From Leptonemataceae bacterium (GTDB lineage Bacteria > Spirochaetota > Leptospiria > Leptospirales > Leptonemataceae): a stretch of 64,000 nucleotides of DNA. The stretch covers positions 576,001 through 640,000 of the forward strand of contig OZ245742.1 in the NCBI GenBank assembly GCA_965227295.1, in the 5' to 3' direction. Positions 27,895-37,207 of the stretch are shown here, in pieces. Each line of letters opens with the position of its first letter. Position 1 is the stretch's first letter. The notes below the pieces were generated by a model. That model was not told the origin of the DNA and ran no database searches. It worked only from the letters and a program-made list of their open reading frames with translations. A program made the translations under genes and the position numbers.

Positions 27895-29384
27895 ATATCC
27901 AGCCAGAGAAACTTAAGCGTATGCCCGCCGACGCTGGTGCGCCCGCCGGGCAACTCCACGCCCGGATGATCGCGGCGATAGCCCAGAAAACCGCCGAGGA
28001 ATTCCACGGACCAGTACTCGGGCTCGTTGTGGGTTTCGAAACCGAGCAGGAAATGATGCCCCGAGTCCCGTTCGGGATTCCAGTAGCGCGAGTAGAGGCG
28101 AAACATGGTGGCGAAATACCGGTCGCCGTTTTCGTAGATGTTGTACTCGAAGAGGGACCAGAAGACGCCCCACACGCGCTCGAATTCATCGGAACGCAGC
28201 GGCCACAATGTAAGCGAACGAAACTCGGTTCGTCCGCGGCTGTCATCGATGTAATAAAAGAGCGGCCAGATCTTGAAGTACTTCTCGGTGTCCTGCGTCT
28301 TCTTGAAGTAGGTGTCCGAGTTCCAGTAGAAGGGAATTAGAATATCGTAATCGCTTTCGAGGATGACGGAGTGAGTTTGCAGATTCACCCAGAACGGCGT
28401 AATAAATTCGGCAGATTTGTAGTAGGCCTCTTCGGTTTCTTCCTCGGTGGCGTCGGGCGGAATCTCCGAACCGAAACGATAGTTGCCGTAAAACGGGAAG
28501 ATGATGTGCTTACGAATGCGCGGGCTTTCGTTGCGCGAGTACTGATACAAAAAGAACAGCGCGTTGAAATCCAGGGCTTCGGTTTGTTTATCTTCACCGT
28601 ACGCCACAAAGCCGCCGAGGAGCGGCAACCACAGAAACGTATGCGCGCTCAGGTTCCCCTGGTCCGACCACTTGCGGCCGTAAAACGGAAACGCGAAGAA
28701 CCAGTGTCGCGGTTCTTTTTTATCCAGGGCCTCCGAGCCCCATTGAAAGAACGGCCACAGCACGGTCTTGCGATCGTACTTACCCTTGTGATGTTTGCGC
28801 GAGTACAGCGGCAGCACGCGAAAGTCGTTGCGCGTCTTCGATCCGCCCCACATGATCAGCGGCCACAGTAACGAACGCGCTTTATAATCGCGGTGCGACC
28901 AGCTTGAGTACAACGGAAACAGGAAGTAATTGATCTCCGACCAGCCGAACTTGTTCTTCAGGCGCCCGTAAAACGGAAACACCGAAACGTAGCGCTCGCC
29001 CGATGCATCGCCGCTGCCGAAGCCCAGGATCGGTGACAGGAAGTCCGAGTCTTCGGCGGTGTCCTCGTGGTAATAATCGTCGCCGGTAAAGAAGTACAAC
29101 AACGTCCAGCGGTTCCAGTAGTTCGTGCCGTGACTGTAGAAGATCGGATAGAGGACGTTATGGTACGTGTAGGCCTTTTCATCGCTATGATAGCGATGAT
29201 AAAACGGATGCACAATGAACTCGTGCTGCCCCGGCGCACTGGTGCTTTCGTAGAGAAACAGGAACTGCCAGTACTCGCGCCGCGTTTCGTCTTCCACGCG
29301 CGTGGGCATGCGGGCCTCCAACAGCGACGGCAAAAAGAACAGGCATGTCCCGAGGATTAAGAAGAAAAAACGCAACATGGGCAT
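27891..29384 (-). CDS. Exported aromatic-rich repeat protein of unknown function
   Basis: Start trimmed to MPMLRFF (signal peptide); about 15 hydrophobic-x-P-[FLI]-[FY] repeats. Confidence 0.75.
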   Translation of the reverse strand: MPMLRFFFLILGTCLFFLPSLLEARMPTRVEDETRREYWQFLFLYESTSAPGQHEFIVHPFYHRYHSDEKAYTYHNVLYPIFYSHGTNYWNRWTLLYFFTGDDYYHEDTAEDSDFLSPILGFGSGDASGERYVSVFPFYGRLKNKFGWSEINYFLFPLYSSWSHRDYKARSLLWPLIMWGGSKTRNDFRVLPLYSRKHHKGKYDRKTVLWPFFQWGSEALDKKEPRHWFFAFPFYGRKWSDQGNLSAHTFLWLPLLGGFVAYGEDKQTEALDFNALFFLYQYSRNESPRIRKHIIFPFYGNYRFGSEIPPDATEEETEEAYYKSAEFITPFWVNLQTHSVILESDYDILIPFYWNSDTYFKKTQDTEKYFKIWPLFYYIDDSRGRTEFRSLTLWPLRSDEFERVWGVFWSLFEYNIYENGDRYFATMFRLYSRYWNPERDSGHHFLLGFETHNEPEYWSVEFLGGFLGYRRDHPGVELPGGRTSVGGHTLKFLWLDI

Positions 29385-29394
29385 AGGATCATTC

Positions 29395-29520
29395 GGGCGT
29401 CTCGCCCGGCCGCGCCGCCGAGGCGGCCGGGCGACCGCGCTGCTCCGCACTCCGCGTTCGCTTCGGTCCTCCGCTTCGCTCCGGACTGGCGCTGCGCGCC
29501 ATGCTCCGCATCGCTGACGC
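29395..29520 (+). repeat. Structured intergenic repeat, family B copy 1
   Basis: Shares TCGCTTCGGTC, GACTGGCGCTGCGCGCCA and CGCATCnCTGnCGC with 34961-35072. Confidence 0.85.
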
Positions 29521-29631
29521 GAAGACGGAACCACGAGCCTTTCTGCACACAACTCAGGCCCCCGTGGATCGTCCACGAAAAGCCGGATTTCCTCTTTATT
29601 TCCCGGCCCCTTCCAGAATTATGGCCGCACT

Positions 29632-31293
29632 ATGGACGGCGGATCAGGCAATTCTTCTATCTCTCTCGACAATCCCTTTCGCAAGGACAACGACGGCGAC
29701 GACACGCCGCTCAATGCATATACCGAAACCCTGAAAATGGGCCGCGAGCTCATTGATCGCCCGCTCCAGGGCGGCGGCAAGGCCCGGGTCATGGTCCAGC
29801 ACTCGAAGGGCCGCATGACCGTCTGGGAACGGATCCAGGTCCTCACCCGCGAAGACCCGAACATCCTCTTTCAGAACTGGGGCCCGGCCCTCGACGGCGC
29901 AAGCATCGTTACGGGTATCCTCAATATTAAAGGCCGGGACGTCGCGCTCTACGGCCACGACTTCACCGTCCGCGCCGGCTCCATGGACGCCACCAACGGC
30001 GCGAAGCTCGCCCGGCTCATCCACATGGCCGGCGAACACGGCATCCCGCTGGTCGGCATGAACGACTCCGCCGGCGCTTACGTCCCCGCCGGCGTGGGCG
30101 GCCTCGACGGTTACTCCGAAGCCTTCACGGCCCTGCGCAAAGTCAGCGGCGTCATCCCGAGCATCATGCTCATGTTCGGCTACAACGCCGGCGGCGGTGC
30201 GTACCTTCCGCGCCAGGGATCGTTCATGATCCAGTGCCAGGATACCTTCTTCGGTCTCACCGGTGCCGGCGTCGTCAAAGAAGTCCTCGGCGAAGACGTT
30301 ACCCCGGACGAACTGGGCGGACCGGGCGTGCACGGCCAGAGCGGCGTCGTCGACCTGGTGGCCCCGGATGAACTGGGCTCGCTGCGCAAGTGCCTGCGCC
30401 TGCTCGATTACATTCCGAACAACAACTACGAGTTCGCCCCGTTCCATCAAACGAGCGACCCCATCGATCGCAAGACTTACGAAATCGATCTGCTCTTAAA
30501 CAAAACGTTCACGTCGCCCGCCGGCTTCAACACGCCGTTCGACATGACACTCATCATCCAGCAGCTCTGCGACCACGGCGCGTTCTTCGAACTGCAGCCC
30601 CAGCGGAACCGCAACCTGCTCACGGCCTTCGGTCGCCTGGGCGGTCATGTCGTCGGTTTCATGGCGAACAACTCCGCGGAGTCCAGCGGTCAGATCGACA
30701 TCGGCGCGGCATACAAGGGCGCGCGCTTCATTCGCTTCTGCAATCTATACAACATTCCGGTCATCTTCCTCGAGGACACCACCGGCTTTCTCCCGGGCCG
30801 CGAGCAGGAGAGCGCGGGCATCGTCCAGGCCGGCCGCGCCATTATGGATTCGATCATCGACCTGCGTACGCCGCGCCTGCTGCTGATCGTGCGCAACGCC
30901 TTCGGCGGCGCGTACGCCATCTGGAACTCGCATCACGTCGGCGCCGACCTGGTGCTCACCTATCCCACGGCCCGCGTGGCGGTGATGGGTCCGGCGGGCA
31001 AAGAGTTCGTCTACAAAAAAGAAATCCAGGCTGCGCGTAAGAAGTATTTAGAAGATGTTAAGGCCGGCGCCCCCGAGGCCGAGGCGAAGGCCGAACTGGA
31101 CCGCCTGCTCGTAGATCTGGGCCAGCGCTATGAAAAAGAACTCATGAACCCGAAGGAAGCCCTGTCCCTCGGTTCCATCTCTCGCGTGGTCATGCCGGAG
31201 GATTCGCGCAGTGTGCTGGCGGAGAATTTGAACTATCTCATGCGGCACTATACGCCGGGCCCGCTGACGGAACCGCAGAGAGAGTTTCATTGA
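29632..31293 (+). CDS. Acyl-CoA carboxylase carboxyltransferase (PccB-like beta subunit)
   Basis: [46 protein letters not shown]. Confidence 0.93.
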   Translation: MDGGSGNSSISLDNPFRKDNDGDDTPLNAYTETLKMGRELIDRPLQGGGKARVMVQHSKGRMTVWERIQVLTREDPNILFQNWGPALDGASIVTGILNIKGRDVALYGHDFTVRAGSMDATNGAKLARLIHMAGEHGIPLVGMNDSAGAYVPAGVGGLDGYSEAFTALRKVSGVIPSIMLMFGYNAGGGAYLPRQGSFMIQCQDTFFGLTGAGVVKEVLGEDVTPDELGGPGVHGQSGVVDLVAPDELGSLRKCLRLLDYIPNNNYEFAPFHQTSDPIDRKTYEIDLLLNKTFTSPAGFNTPFDMTLIIQQLCDHGAFFELQPQRNRNLLTAFGRLGGHVVGFMANNSAESSGQIDIGAAYKGARFIRFCNLYNIPVIFLEDTTGFLPGREQESAGIVQAGRAIMDSIIDLRTPRLLLIVRNAFGGAYAIWNSHHVGADLVLTYPTARVAVMGPAGKEFVYKKEIQAARKKYLEDVKAGAPEAEAKAELDRLLVDLGQRYEKELMNPKEALSLGSISRVVMPEDSRSVLAENLNYLMRHYTPGPLTEPQREFH

Positions 31294-31342
31294 GCGCGGG
31301 AGGAAACCCGAAAACTCCAAAGCTTCTCTGCTTAGAAATTAC

Positions 31343-31370
31343 TTGCACAAAGAGCTGCTGTCGGTGTAAT
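31343..31370 (+). promoter_or_regulatory. Putative sigma70 promoter of low-GC cassette
   Basis: TTGCAC-N16-TGTAAT upstream of the 56-aa ORF. Confidence 0.5.
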
Positions 31371-31396
31371 CTGGAGCACCTGGCGAAGGTGAGATC

Positions 31397-31567
31397 ATGG
31401 CTGTAACAATCATTGATGAATATGGCAACATGCGGGAGTGGCAGACCGAAAAGCTCTTAAAACGCCGGGTCGCGGAACTGAAGATTGACGAATTAGAAGA
31501 ACTGGACGACAATCAGGTCTGGGAAAAAATTGAGGAGTACATCGAACAGGATAAAGAATCCCGGTGA
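31397..31567 (+). CDS. Small acidic protein, 56 aa (not in ORF track)
   Basis: MAVTIIDEYGNMREWQTEKLLKRRVAELKIDELEELDDNQVWEKIEEYIEQDKESR; AAGGTGAG SD; GTGA overlap with next gene. Confidence 0.65.
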   Translation: MAVTIIDEYGNMREWQTEKLLKRRVAELKIDELEELDDNQVWEKIEEYIEQDKESR

Positions 31568-32442
31568 ACGAAATCCCCGCGATTAGCCTGGTCTATTGGC
31601 TGGTCATATGCATCCCGGGCTACATTTCACTTATTTTCTATCGCCTGGCAATTAACTCCCGACCTCGCAGCAGCTACGAATTCCTGCTCCAGGCAGGCAT
31701 ATTCGGGGCCTTCCTCTTTATACTAAGTCGACTTGCTTTTCTCGTTCTGTATGGATTAGCACCTGTTGCTTTCGACCACGTAAAACATGCGCTGAACGCC
31801 GTTATCTTCGTTCCTTATGTCGGTACCGTTATTCTGGCGACGGTGGGGGCTCCCTTCGCTGGATTGCTTGCCGGATACTTCTTACGCTCCATACACCGCA
31901 GTCCGCAGTGGATTAGTCGCCGCCTATCGTTCCTGTCATATATACCCGGCGATCAAGATGCCCTGGAGAGCATCGAACGGAGTCGCTTTCCATTCGTATG
32001 CTCGCTGAGCAACGACCAGGTCTACGTTGGATGGATTCTCAAAGCAACGCGCGACAAAGAGGAGAATCTCAAAATCCTGGAGATGGTCATGCTCTTGAGC
32101 GGGCGACGTACCAAAGTGAATCGCCCCTCCGAAGAGAGCACAAAAGTCACTTACAATTACGCAATTCCAATTTACGAATACGGAAATCCTCTGCGAGGAT
32201 CGCGCAGAAGCTACCTGGACTTCAACAATATTGTATCTCTCGGCGAATTACACATCCCAACTTTTGCCAAAACCGTTCGCAAGGGTTACAGCGATATCAA
32301 GACCAGCGATCTCAAGATTTTTGCATCCAGCCTCTTCTATCTCAAGCAGGATATAACACCGTTATACGAGTTGATTAAAGAACGAGAAGCAACGACATCG
32401 CCAAAGAAACCGAACACCCGCAAAAAACGCTCCCGCAAATGA
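31564..32442 (+). CDS. Membrane protein, DUF6338-like (3 TM plus soluble domain)
   Basis: N-terminal IPGY helix, TM segments, then LSNDQVYVGWI strand motif; low GC; basic tail. Confidence 0.65.
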   Translation: MNEIPAISLVYWLVICIPGYISLIFYRLAINSRPRSSYEFLLQAGIFGAFLFILSRLAFLVLYGLAPVAFDHVKHALNAVIFVPYVGTVILATVGAPFAGLLAGYFLRSIHRSPQWISRRLSFLSYIPGDQDALESIERSRFPFVCSLSNDQVYVGWILKATRDKEENLKILEMVMLLSGRRTKVNRPSEESTKVTYNYAIPIYEYGNPLRGSRRSYLDFNNIVSLGELHIPTFAKTVRKGYSDIKTSDLKIFASSLFYLKQDITPLYELIKEREATTSPKKPNTRKKRSRK

Positions 32443-32777
32443 AAATCTACCACAACCCCCGCTGTTCTAAGAGCCGTGAAACTCTGCAACTCATCCGCGA
32501 TGCCGGTGTCGAACCGGAGATCGTCGAGTATCTGAAGAACCCGCCGACCGCGGAAGAACTGCGCGATCTGCTCAAAAAACTCGGCACCGGCGCATCCACT
32601 ATCGTGCGCACCAAAGAAGATACGTACAAACAACTCTTCGCAAACAAACAGCCCACCGACGACCAACTCATCGCGGCCATCGTCAAACACCCGGTGCTGC
32701 TCGAACGTCCCATCGTCATCAAAGGCAAGCGCGCTGTAATCGGCCGCCCGCCGCAAAACGCGACCGAACTGCTATAA
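32439..32777 (+). CDS. arsC: Arsenate reductase, glutaredoxin-type ArsC family
   Basis: HNPRCSKSRE, LLERPIV, IGRPP. Confidence 0.92.
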   Translation: MKIYHNPRCSKSRETLQLIRDAGVEPEIVEYLKNPPTAEELRDLLKKLGTGASTIVRTKEDTYKQLFANKQPTDDQLIAAIVKHPVLLERPIVIKGKRAVIGRPPQNATELL

Positions 32778-32786
32778 AAGATCAAC

Positions 32787-32847
32787 CACCGACCTACACA
32801 GACACCGAGCTTTCCACGCAATCCCTCCGTGACTCTGTGCCTCGGTG
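32787..32847. repeat. Intergenic palindromic element, CACAGAG family copy 3
   Basis: CACCGACCTACACAGACACCGAG ... CTCCGTGACTCTGTGCCTCGGTG imperfect inverted arms. Confidence 0.7.
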
Positions 32848-32917
32848 CTAAATTTGTCATAAGACACGCCGCGCATTTCCCGCACACGTTCACACGACGC
32901 ATCCTTACATTGACACA

Positions 32918-34510
32918 GTGAAAGTCATCGTCATCGGCGGGGGAATCGGCGGGCTCAGTGCCGCTGCCTTGCTCGCGCGGGACGGCATCGCCGTCGACGT
33001 GCTCGAACAGAATCGTGTGGTCGGCGGCTGCGCGTCGTCGTTCTATCGCCAGGGCTACTACTTCGAAAGCGGCGCCACCACGTTGGTCGGCCTCGATACA
33101 GGCATGCCGTTGCGACATCTGCTCGATGCTACGGGCATTCAGCTCAACGTGATGCCGCTGCACGTGCCCATGCAGGTAATCCTGCGCGACGGCACGATTC
33201 TGACGCGCCACCAGGACCTGGACGCGTGGATCGCCGAGGCCGAGCGCGTCTTCGGCGCGGCGGGACAGCGGCCGTTCTGGGAATTCTGTTATCGACTTTC
33301 GCAATTCGTCTGGAAGGTCTCGTTGCAGTATCGCGCGTTTCCGCCGTCCAGCGCCGGTGATTTGCTCGATGTGTTGCGATCGGCCCGGCCGGCGCGCATT
33401 CCCGGCCAGCTCGCCGCCGCGCGCTACGCCTTCGTGACGATGGACCGCATTCTGCGACGCTTCGGCCTGCACGAGAACCAACGCTTCTTAGCTTTTGTCG
33501 ACGAACAGTTACTGATTACCGCCCAGAACACCCGCGGCGAAGTAAACGCCCTCTTCGGCGCGACGGCGCTCTGCTACACAAACTACACGAACTACTACGC
33601 CCCGGGCGGCCTTGTAACCGTGGCCGACGCGATAGCGCACTACATTGAAGACCACGACGGCAACATTCGCACACGCACCCTCGCCGAACGCGTGGAGCCC
33701 ATCGACGCCGGCCGCGCCGGCTATCGAGTCATCACAAACCGCGGCGAATTCACGGCCGATCGTCTCATTTCAAATCTACCGATCTACAACACCCTCGATC
33801 TCTTCGACGCCGGCCACGACTTCGGCCGTAAACTTCGGCGGCGACTGCAACCGAAGCTGTTACCCTCCACAAAACTCTGGTCCGCGTTCACGATGGGCCT
33901 GGTCTTCCGGCGCAAGCGGCCCTTCGATTCGTTGCATCATCAAATCCATTTGCGCGCGCCGCTGCCGGTCATCGGTGCGAAGAGCATCTTCGTTTCCCTT
34001 TCGCATCCCGGCGACGACCTGCGCGGGCCGGTCGACCGGGTGATCGCTTCGGTGAGCACGCACATCGCCAATCCGGAGAGTCACATGGACTTCGACGTCG
34101 ACGCCGTGGGCGATGCGATCGTTGCGGAGTTGACGGCGCGCGGTTTCTTCGAAGAGGACGATCTGGTGTATCGCCATCACTCCACGCCGCGGACCTGGCA
34201 ACAGTGGACGAAGCGCGCCTTCGGTTTCGTCGGCGGTATGCCGCAGTTCAAAGCGATCAAACCCTGGCACATGCTGGACGCGCGCCCCGGAAAAAACCTG
34301 TATCTCTGCGGCGACACGGCCTATCCCGGCCAGGGCATTCCCGGCGTCTGCTTGTCGGGCATTACGGCGCACCACAAACTCATGCGCGACGCCGGGCGCT
34401 CTCCGCGTTATACTGAACGCACGGAATCAACATGCACATCCTCATCGAAACCCGCGTCGCCCAGGACTTTCGCACGGTCTTCCGCGGCTTCCACCGCGAT
34501 CTCTTCGTAA
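32918..34510 (+). CDS. Phytoene desaturase family FAD oxidoreductase (CrtD-like carotenoid desaturase)
   Basis: VIVIGGGIGGL, GGCASSF..FESGAT, TPRTW...GFVGG, LYLCGDTAYPGQGIPGV. Confidence 0.85.
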   Translation: MKVIVIGGGIGGLSAAALLARDGIAVDVLEQNRVVGGCASSFYRQGYYFESGATTLVGLDTGMPLRHLLDATGIQLNVMPLHVPMQVILRDGTILTRHQDLDAWIAEAERVFGAAGQRPFWEFCYRLSQFVWKVSLQYRAFPPSSAGDLLDVLRSARPARIPGQLAAARYAFVTMDRILRRFGLHENQRFLAFVDEQLLITAQNTRGEVNALFGATALCYTNYTNYYAPGGLVTVADAIAHYIEDHDGNIRTRTLAERVEPIDAGRAGYRVITNRGEFTADRLISNLPIYNTLDLFDAGHDFGRKLRRRLQPKLLPSTKLWSAFTMGLVFRRKRPFDSLHHQIHLRAPLPVIGAKSIFVSLSHPGDDLRGPVDRVIASVSTHIANPESHMDFDVDAVGDAIVAELTARGFFEEDDLVYRHHSTPRTWQQWTKRAFGFVGGMPQFKAIKPWHMLDARPGKNLYLCGDTAYPGQGIPGVCLSGITAHHKLMRDAGRSPRYTERTESTCTSSSKPASPRTFARSSAASTAISS

Positions 34511-34884
34511 AACTCACGCCGCCGGATGTTCCGGTGGAAGTCCTGCGCTTCGACGGCTGCACCACCGGCGACCGGGTGCATCTGCGTCTCACGCTGCCGA
34601 TCATCAAACTGAAGCAGGACTGGCAGTCCGAAATCACCGAGCACGGCGAGTCCGACGACGAGTGTTTCTTTGTGGATGAGGGCCGCAAACTTCCATTTTT
34701 CTTGCGTTACTGGAAACACCGGCACGTCATTCGCAAACATCCCGACGGCGGCGCGGTGATTGTCGACGACATCACGTACAAAGCGCCGGTGCCCGGCATG
34801 GGCCTGGTGTTGTATCCAAAACTACGCGCCGACTTCAGGGCGCGGGGGCCGGTGTATCAGGAAGTGTTCGGCCGCCCCGAATGA
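34432..34884 (+). CDS. SRPBCC (START-fold) ligand-binding protein
   Basis: KLTPP, FVDEGRKLPFFLRYWKHRH, IVDDITY. Confidence 0.8.
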   Translation: MHILIETRVAQDFRTVFRGFHRDLFVKLTPPDVPVEVLRFDGCTTGDRVHLRLTLPIIKLKQDWQSEITEHGESDDECFFVDEGRKLPFFLRYWKHRHVIRKHPDGGAVIVDDITYKAPVPGMGLVLYPKLRADFRARGPVYQEVFGRPE

Positions 34885-34960
34885 AAAGGGAGCGGGTCAG
34901 GTTAAAGCTTTTTGGCCCCCGGGCTGCTCCGGGCTCGCGCGAAGGGCCCCGGCTCACAAC

Positions 34961-35072
34961 GCGCCAGGGATGCGAAGGGTGGCGCGCAGCGCCAGTCTCG
35001 CGCTCGCGCGAGACCGAAGCGACAGCGGAGCCCGTAGCAGCCCGACCGCCGCCGCAGGCGGCGGGGGCGCCC
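34961..35072 (-). repeat. Structured intergenic repeat, family B copy 2
   Basis: Reverse complement aligns with 29395-29520 with compensatory changes. Confidence 0.85.
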
Positions 35073-35168
35073 AAAAGAATATACCCTGATTTACTACATC
35101 CTTATTCGGGGCGGCCGGGATAATTTTACTGGCACTTCTGATTTCCCGGCGGAATCTGTCCGTTCACG

Positions 35169-36134
35169 ATGGCGACGGCGAAAGCGAAGACAGTTTTACT
35201 CTGCGGCGGCACCGGGCTCATCGGCTCGCGACTCCAGGAAATGCTTCGTAGCGAGGGCTACCGCGTAAAGATTCTCAGCCGCCGCAAAGCCGAAAGTCCC
35301 GATCTCTACTACTGGGACCCCGACCGCCAGTTTTTGAATCCGGACGCGCTGGAATGCGACTTCATCATCAACCTGGCCGGCGCCGGAGTCGCCGACAAAA
35401 AGTGGACCGCGAAGCGCAAGCAGGAGATCATCGACTCCCGCGTGCAATCGGCGGAACTCATCTACAAGAAACTCACCGAGTTCAAACGTTACCCGAAGGC
35501 CTACATCTCCGCGTCGGCCATCGGCCTCTACGGCAACCACGACGCGAGTGTTACGGTGAACGAGGACTCGCCGCCGGGCCAGGGTTTCCTCGCCGAAACC
35601 ACCGCACGCTGGGAACAGGCCGCGAACGAATTCAACAAGCTCGGCATGCGTACCGTTCTTATTCGCATCGGCGTTGTGCTCTCTCCGGACGGCGGGGCGT
35701 TACAAAAAATCGCGCAGCCCATTAAATTGTATGCGGGCGCACCGCTGGGTTCCGGCGAACAGCTCATGTCCTGGATTCACATCGATGATTGTTGTCGCCT
35801 GTTCCTTCAGGCCGTGAAAGAGCGCGACATGAAGGGCCCGTACAACGCCACGACGCCGAACGCCGTCAGCAACGCCGAGTTCACCCGCCTCACCGCGAAG
35901 GTCCTGGACAAACCCCTGATCCTGCCTAACGTTCCCGCATTCGCACTTAAGATGATGCTCGGCGAGATGGCGGAGATCGTTCTCGAAGGCGTCCGCGTCG
36001 CCCCGGAACGCACGCTGGAAACCGGTTTTACGTTTCAGTTCCCGGACCTCGAAGGTGCGCTGCGACACCTGTACGGGCGCAACGAAGAATCGGAATCCGC
36101 GCCGCCGGAATCTTCATCGGCATCTCCATCCTGA
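35169..36134 (+). CDS. TIGR01777/YfcH-family NAD-dependent epimerase-like protein
   Basis: GGTGLIG, INLAGAGV, SASAIGLYG, RIGVVL, SWIHIDD. Confidence 0.92.
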   Translation: MATAKAKTVLLCGGTGLIGSRLQEMLRSEGYRVKILSRRKAESPDLYYWDPDRQFLNPDALECDFIINLAGAGVADKKWTAKRKQEIIDSRVQSAELIYKKLTEFKRYPKAYISASAIGLYGNHDASVTVNEDSPPGQGFLAETTARWEQAANEFNKLGMRTVLIRIGVVLSPDGGALQKIAQPIKLYAGAPLGSGEQLMSWIHIDDCCRLFLQAVKERDMKGPYNATTPNAVSNAEFTRLTAKVLDKPLILPNVPAFALKMMLGEMAEIVLEGVRVAPERTLETGFTFQFPDLEGALRHLYGRNEESESAPPESSSASPS

Positions 36135-36146
36135 TTCGCATTGTTC

Positions 36147-37157
36147 ATGACCAGGGCACTCATCACAGGCATCCACGGTTTTGCCGGCTCGCACCTCTGC
36201 GCGGAAGTTCTACGGCGCGGGGGCAGCGTCTGCGGATTGGATCGCAGCCCGCGCAGCATTGCCGATCTTGCGTCCACCCCGGCCCTGCAAGGCCTCGACC
36301 GGAAACACATCGAAGCCAACGTAAAACTTGAGACCAGCGACCTGAGCGACGCGGATCAACTGCGCTCCATCCTCGAAAGCCACGGCGTACATCAGATCTA
36401 TCACCTGGCGGGCATGGCCTTCGTCCCGGATAGCTGGAACAGCCCGGCGACGACGCTGCACGTAAACTCGGCCTGCGCCCTGAACTTACTCCAGGCCGCC
36501 CGGGACGTTCAGTGGGACGGTCGCTTTTTGTTCATCAGCTCCAGCGACGTCTACGGCACGCCCCGGGACGGCGAGCTGCCGCTGAACGAGGCTTCGCCCA
36601 TTCGTACGGAGAGTCCGTACGCCCTGTCCAAGTACACCACCGAGAACTTTGCCTGGTTCTACGATCGCAAGCGCATGACGACGCTTACCGGCGGCCGCGC
36701 GCCGAAGCAGCATTGCTTCGACGTCGTCGTGGCCCGGCCGTTCAATCACATCGGCCCCGGCCAGCGCGAGGATTTCGTCGTGCCGGCGTTTCTCGCCAAG
36801 ATTCGCAGCGCAAAAGCTAAGAACGAAGACTTCATCCAGGTGGGCGAACTGGGCGCCGTGCGGGACTTTACCGACGTGCGGGACGTCGTGTCCGCCTACG
36901 TACTGCTGCTCGACAAAGCCGACGCCGGCGAGATCTACAACATCTGCACCGGCCGGCAAATCCGCATCAGCGAAATCCTGGACACGGCTCAAAAGGTCGC
37001 GGGCTATCCGGTGGAGTATCGCATCAGCGAAGACCTGCTGCGCCCGGAGGGCAAGAACCAGCGCTACGGCGATCCGGCGAAGCTGCGCGATCTGGGCTGG
37101 GAACACCGCTATTCCCTGGAAGACAGTATTCGCGACATGTGGAACTGCTTCAAATAA
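36147..37157 (+). CDS. GDP-mannose dehydratase / GDP-4-keto-6-deoxymannose reductase (Rmd-like) extended SDR
   Basis: TGIHGFAG, SSSDVYG, SPYALSK, RPFNHIGPGQ, RDFTDVRDVV. Confidence 0.88.
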   Translation: MTRALITGIHGFAGSHLCAEVLRRGGSVCGLDRSPRSIADLASTPALQGLDRKHIEANVKLETSDLSDADQLRSILESHGVHQIYHLAGMAFVPDSWNSPATTLHVNSACALNLLQAARDVQWDGRFLFISSSDVYGTPRDGELPLNEASPIRTESPYALSKYTTENFAWFYDRKRMTTLTGGRAPKQHCFDVVVARPFNHIGPGQREDFVVPAFLAKIRSAKAKNEDFIQVGELGAVRDFTDVRDVVSAYVLLLDKADAGEIYNICTGRQIRISEILDTAQKVAGYPVEYRISEDLLRPEGKNQRYGDPAKLRDLGWEHRYSLEDSIRDMWNCFK

Positions 37158-37207
37158 AGACCGCGGGCTAACCGCTAACTTTTACGAACGCACGGTTTAG
37201 AATTTCC

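Noticed and set aside
29385-29576. N-terminal extension of the 561-aa ORF and small ORFs across 34835-35123
   Set aside because: They translate through the structured repeats; a signal-peptide start lies at 29384
34885-34960. Possible SRP (4.5S) RNA because of GTCAGG and AGCAG words
   Set aside because: The two words are on opposite strands with no GNRA loop between them; better explained as a partial repeat copy
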